A stretch of 64,000 nucleotides of DNA from Vitrella brassicaformis CCMP3155. Its lineage: Eukaryota > Protista > Chromerida. The notes below the pieces were generated by a model. That model had not been told where the DNA came from, did not search any database, and saw only the letters and a list, made by a program, of their open reading frames with translations. The DNA is taken from contig CDMY01000252.1 in NCBI GenBank assembly GCA_001179505.1, forward strand, positions 62,001 through 126,000, given 5' to 3'. Both the position numbers and the translations under genes were made by a program. Shown here in pieces: positions 58,623 to 64,000 of the stretch; position 1 is the stretch's first letter; every line of letters begins with the position of its first letter.

Positions 58623-59780
58623 ATGATTAGCCGGGCCATCGGAGGGGCGGGCGTGGCTGCGGTGGAGGGCTACCTGCTATGCTCGCGGCTGTGCGGGGCC
58701 TGCCTGATCGTCCTGCCCCTGGCCCTGATGGCGTCATCCATCGCCTACTGGAGCGTCGTCGACCGCCTCTTCCCATCGGCATCCCAGCTCTTCCCCATCC
58801 ACTTCACATACGGCACAGACGACACACAGCTCGACCTCTACCGGCCGGAGGGATCCACCATGTCGGTCACGGAGGCGCATGTGCCCTTCAGCCACCGGAA
58901 CTGGGACTTTGAGCCGCCCGCACACACCGAGGTAGTCCTGGGTGTGGAGCGGCCGGTGTATTACTTGCCGAGGGTGGAGATCAACTCGGGGCCTTACGTG
59001 GAGGTGGACCTGTCGGTGCAGTTCCTCCTCCCCAGGCGGCTGCTGAACTCCTTTGATCTGCCCCTGACCATATCGATGGAGATCATCAGTCGGGACGGCC
59101 GGCGGGTGGCACGCTCCACACGATCCCTCCTGCCAGCGAAGCCCTCTCTCTTCCGGCAGCTCTTCGACTACTTTGTGCAGCGATCCCTGGTTGCCCTGGG
59201 CCTGTGGAATGACGTGCGGACCTTCACCGTTCTCCTGATTGACCGCTTCCCCTATTCGTCCCCCGACTGGCTCGGCCGCGCCATCATCCGCCTCGCCCCG
59301 GCCATCCCTGTCGACCGGGCCTTTCTCCAGATGCGACGCCGTATGTGGTTCTACCCCATCAGAGCTTACCTGGGGGCCCATCGGTGGACGGCATACGTGC
59401 TGTTCGTCACGGTGGCGTCGATTATGGCGACTGCATGGGCCTGCTGCCTCGTATCACTGCTGTGGGTCGAGAGGATACTGCGCAAGAGCACATCTCGGGA
59501 GGGCTTCATGAACATGGAGCAGCCACCTGTCGCTGGACCACTGCCGAACGTCCGCATTCCTCGGCCCCCACCCGTCGCACCACTAGAGCCGCCGCCGATG
59601 CGTCGCAGCGCCCCCCCGTCCCCCGTCCGTCCCATGCCCCGCACCGCCCCACCATCACCGCCATTGCAACCCCTTCGTGTGGAGAGAGGGGAAGCAATGG
59701 CGGCACAGCAGAGGTCGCAGACACGGCAGGAAGTCCCGGTATCCTCTATGCCGCCACCGGCCGACATCGGCCGTGGATCT
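58623..59780 (+). CDS. BSCL2: Seipin-like protein, variant A, 5' part (runs into gap); intronless
   Basis: TM1 (CLIVLPLALMASSIAYW), lumenal beta-rich domain (FPIHFTY; VEVDLSVQFLLP; ISMEIISRDGRRVARSTR), TM2 (AYVLFVTVASIMATAWACCLVSLLW), Pro-rich tail. Confidence 0.8.
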
Positions 59781-60119
59781 NNNNNNNNNNNNNNNNNNNN
59801 NNNNNNNNNNNNNNNNNNNNNNNNNNNNNNNNNNNNNNNNNNNNNNNNNNNNNNNNNNNNNNNNNNNNNNNNNNNNNNNNNNNNNNNNNNNNNNNNNNNN
59901 NNNNNNNNNNNNNNNNNNNNNNNNNNNNNNNNNNNNNNNNNNNNNNNNNNNNNNNNNNNNNNNNNNNNNNNNNNNNNNNNNNNNNNNNNNNNNNNNNNNN
60001 NNNNNNNNNNNNNNNNNNNNNNNNNNNNNNNNNNNNNNNNNNNNNNNNNNNNNNNNNNNNNNNNNNNNNNNNNNNNNNNNCAGGGAATGGATGAGGTCAT
60101 TGCCACGGTGGTTTGAGAG

Positions 60120-61722
60120 ATGATTAGCCGGGCCATCGGAGGGGCGGGCGTGGCTGCGGTGGAGGGCTACCTGCTATGCTCGCGGCTGTGCGGGGCCTGC
60201 CTGATCGTCCTGCCCCTGGCCCTGATGGCGTCATCCATCGCCTACTGGAGCGTCGTCGACCGCCTCTTCCCATCGGCATCACAGCTCTTCCCCATCCACT
60301 TCACATACGGCACAGACGACACACAGCTCGACCTCTACCGGCCGGAGGGATCCACCATGTCGGTCACGGAGGCGCATGTGCCCTTCAGCCACCGCAACTG
60401 GGACTTTGAGCCGCCGGCACACACCGAGGTAGTCTTGGGCGTGGAGCGGCCCGTATATTACTTGCCGAGGGTGGAGATCAACTCGGGGCCTTACGTGGAG
60501 GTGGACCTGTCGGTGCAGTTCCTCGTCCCCAGGCGGCTGCTGAACTCGTTCGAGCTGCCCCTGACCATATCGATGGAGATAATCAGTCGGGACGGCCGGC
60601 GGGTGGCACGCTCCACACGATCCCTCCTGCCAGCGAAGCCCTCTCTCTTCCGGCAGCTCTTCGACTACTTTGTGCAGCGATCCCTGGTTGCCCTGGGCCT
60701 GTGGAATGACGTGCGGACCTTCACCGTTCTCCTGATTGACCGCTTCCCCTATTCGTCCCCCGACTGGCTCGGCCGCGCCATCATCCGCCTCGCCCCGGCC
60801 ATCCCTGTCGACCGGGCCTTTCTCGAGATGCGACGCCGTATGTGGTTCTACCCCATCAGAGCCTACCTGGGGGCCCATCGGTGGACGGCATACGTGCTGT
60901 TCGTCACGGTGGCGTCGATTATGGCGACTGCATGGGCCTGCTGCCTCGTATCACTGCTGTGGGTCGAGAGGATACTGCGCAAGAGCACATCTCGGGAGGG
61001 CTTCATGAACATGGAGCAGCCACCTGTCGCTGGACCACTGCCGAACGTCCGCATTCCTCGGCCCCCACCCGTCGCACCACTAGAGCCGCCGCCAATGCGT
61101 CGCAGCGCCCCCCCGTCACCCGTCCGTCCCATGCCCCGCACCGCCCCACCATCACCGCCATTGCAACCCCTTCGTGTGGAGAGAGGGGAAGCAATGGCGG
61201 CACAGCAGAGGTCGCAGACACGGCAGGAGGTCCCGGTGCCCTCTATGCCGCCACCGGCCGACATCGGCCGTGGATCTGCGGAGGTTTTCTTCGACGCTGA
61301 GCCGCTTGGTGCTCTCTCAACATCCCGATCTGTCATGGACGAGCCCATCCAGACGGTCACAGAAGACCCAGAGCGCGCCAGCCCCTCCCATTCACGCAGC
61401 CGAGTGCCCAAGGAGCGTGCGGGGCGCCGACCGTCGCTGCCCACGCCCTTCTCAGGCGGAGATGAGGCGTCTGCTGCTGCCGATGGTGGTGACATGTACT
61501 TCGATGTGGTGGAGAATGGCGACTGGGACATCCTCGACACGCCCCGTGAGCCCTCAGCTGCGGCCGTCGCCGACTCAGTGTCGCGAACACGGCCATCCAT
61601 CACCACCCTGCCCATCCCCGAGGCGACGACAGATGTGGACGAGGACCACCACGAGGCTTCGGCCCAGGACCGCGGCAGCTCTCGCATCATGCAGGTGCTC
61701 CGCGGTGCCCGCTTCTTCCGGG
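60120..61722 (+). CDS. BSCL2: Seipin-like protein, variant B (3' end in gap)
   Basis: Same architecture; about 19 substitutions versus variant A over the shared ~1.16 kb; the 5' flank cagggaatggatgagg... is duplicated. Confidence 0.8.
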
Positions 61723-62022
61723 NNNNNNNNNNNNNNNNNNNNNNNNNNNNNNNNNNNNNNNNNNNNNNNNNNNNNNNNNNNNNNNNNNNNNNNNNNNNNN
61801 NNNNNNNNNNNNNNNNNNNNNNNNNNNNNNNNNNNNNNNNNNNNNNNNNNNNNNNNNNNNNNNNNNNNNNNNNNNNNNNNNNNNNNNNNNNNNNNNNNNN
61901 NNNNNNNNNNNNNNNNNNNNNNNNNNNNNNNNNNNNNNNNNNNNNNNNNNNNNNNNNNNNNNNNNNNNNNNNNNNNNNNNNNNNNNNNNNNNNNNNNNNN
62001 NNNNNNNNNNNNNNNNNNNNNN

Positions 62023-63193
62023 TGCATGGGCCTGCTGCCTCGTATCACTGCTGTGGGTCGAGAGGATACTGCGCAAGAGCACATCTCGGGAGGGCTTCAT
62101 GAACATGGAGCAGCCACCTGTCGCTGGACCACTGCCGAACGTCCGCATTCCTCGGCCCCCACCCGTCGCACCACTAGAGCCGCCGCCGATGCGTCGCAGC
62201 GCCCCCCCGTCCCCCGTCCGTCCCATGCCCCGCACCGCCCCACCATCACCGCCATTGCAACCCCTTCGTGTGGAGAGAGGGGAAGCAATGGCGGCACAGC
62301 AGAGGTCGCAGACACGGCAGGAAGTCCCGGTATCCTCTATGCCGCCACCGGCCGACATCGGCCGTGGATCTACGGAGGTTTTCTTCGACGCTGAGCCGCT
62401 TGGTGCTCTCTCAACACCCCGATCTGTCATGGACGAGCCCATCCAGACGGTCACAGAAGACCCAGAGCGCGCCAGCCCCTCCCATTCACGCAGCCGAGTG
62501 CCCAAGGAGCGTGCGGGGCGCCGACCGTCGCTGCCCACGCCCTTCTCAGGCGGAGATGAGGCGTCTGCTGCTGCCGATGGTGGTGACATGTACTTCGATG
62601 TGGTGGAGAATGGCGACTGGGACATCCTCGACACGCCCCGTGAGCCCTCAGCTGCGGCCGTCGCCGACTCAGTCTCGCGAACACGACCATCCATCACCAC
62701 CCTGCCCATCCCCGAGGCGACGACAGATGTGGACGAGGACCACCACGAGGCTTCGGCCCAGGACCGCGGCAGCTCTCGCATCATGCAGGTGCTCCGCGGT
62801 GCCCGCTTCTTCCGGGGCCAGGACACGCCGTCCAACACTTCTCCCACGTCGGGGTCGTGGCTGCGGGCGGGCATCAGCTCATATGGCCTGTCGCCCAGGC
62901 GGCCGCTTCCTGCTGACGTGCCGGAGAGCATGATGCCGGCAGCGGCAGCAGCAGCAGCAGCAGCAGCAGCGTCAGCAGGAGAGCGGAATGGTGAGGCGTG
63001 GGTGGTGGAGCCATTAGATAGTGGGGAGGTGGTGGGTGGACGGCCAGCGAGGAGGGGCGGCGGGCAGGCGGGCAGGACGGGGGATCTAGGGGAGGGCGGC
63101 GGGGACGACTGTGGTGATGACGAGCTAGAGCCAGTGGGTGGTGGGTCTGATAGTGCGGAGAGAGACGGTTCAGACAGAAAGAAGGATCAGTGA
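62023..63193 (+). CDS. BSCL2: Seipin-like protein, variant A, 3' part including the stop codon
   Basis: Matches 59434-59780 at the diagnostic sites and continues to ...GSDRKKDQ-TGA. Confidence 0.75.
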
Positions 63194-63517
63194 GGGTGAC
63201 AGACACGTCGGGTGAGGNNNNNNNNNNNNNNNNNNNNNNNNNNNNNNNNNNNNNNNNNNNNNNNNNNNNNNNNNNNNNNNNNNNNNNNNNNNNNNNNNNN
63301 NNNNNNNNNNNNNNNNNNNNNNNNNNNNNNNNNNNNNNNNNNNNNNNNNNNNNNNNNNNNNNNNNNNNNNNNNNNNNNNNNNNNNNNNNNNNNNNNNNNN
63401 NNNNNNNNNNNNNNNNNNNNNNNNNNNNNNNNNNNNNNNNNNNNNNNNNNNNNNNNNNNNNNNNNNNNNNNNNNNNNNNNNNNNNNNNNNNNNNNNNNNN
63501 NNNNNNNNNNNNNNNNN

Positions 63518-64000
63518 CACCCCGATCTGTCATGGACGAGCCCATCCAGACGGTCACAGAAGACCCAGAGCGCGCCAGCCCCTCCCATTCACGCAGCCGA
63601 GTGCCCAAGGAGCGTGCGGGGCGCCGACCGTCGCTGCCCACGCCCTTCTCAGGCGGAGATGAGGCGTCTGCTGCTGCCGATGGTGGTGACATGTACTTCG
63701 ATGTGGTGGAGAATGGCGACTGGGACATCCTCGACACGCCCCGTGAGCCCTCAGCTGCGGCCGTCGCCGACTCAGTCTCGCGAACACGACCATCCATCAC
63801 CACCCTGCCCATCCCCGAGGCGACGACAGATGTGGACGAGGACCACCACGAGGCTTCGGCCCAGGACCGCGGCAGCTCTCGCATCATGCAGGTGCTCCGC
63901 GGTGCCCGCTTCTTCCGGGGCCAGGACACGCCGTCCAACACTTCTCCCACGTCGGGGTCGTGGCTGCGGGCGGGCATCAGCTCATATGGCCTGTCGCCCA
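63518..64000 (+). repeat. Redundant fragment of the seipin variant A tail
   Basis: Appears identical to 62415-62897 (gtctcgcgaacacgacc allele). Confidence 0.85.

Noticed and set aside
58623-63977. 497-, 660-, 406- and 414-aa ORFs and a four-copy seipin array taken at face value
   Set aside because: These ORFs run through arbitrary 300-N gaps, and three of the four pieces are the same variant and probably redundant contigs.
29768-64000. Functional cluster of lipid genes (AGPS, ORP, PLAAT, seipin, AKR)
   Set aside because: They are interspersed with unrelated genes over 35 kb and there is no evidence of co-regulation; chance is sufficient.

Overview
Eukaryotic, GC-rich, intron-dense nuclear DNA from an assembly with five 300-N placeholder gaps. 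Short GT-AG introns packed with CA/GT/GACA microsatellites, bipartite plastid leaders and the gene content point to a photosynthetic alveolate, most likely the chromerid Vitrella brassicaformis (inference). I reconstructed about 27 spliced genes by eye, mostly as tight head-to-head pairs. They include a U-box E3, an internal-ubiquitin fusion, a plastid FAD oxidoreductase, a Rdx/SelW-like protein, a DFD kinase, an ING-PHD protein, an LRR-Tudor-Tudor-RING protein, plastid RPE, AGPS, a small HSP, an LRR-ankyrin protein, syntaxin-5, a FEN1-like nuclease, an ORP/OSBP, a CBM20 protein, an aldo-keto reductase, an LRAT/PLAAT protein and fragmented seipin copies. No rRNA, tRNA, CRISPR array or transposase was recognised. 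The strongest unexplained signals are: (1) a recurrent 9-mer AAGCTCGCA almost confined to promoter spacers; (2) a K48/K63-less ubiquitin ending in LRLRGG in mid-protein; (3) a UBZ-like finger on an ORP; (4) an inverted duplicate of the kinase 5' exons; (5) several genes with intact splice sites but single in-frame lesions. Exon boundaries and family calls come from motif recognition without database searches.
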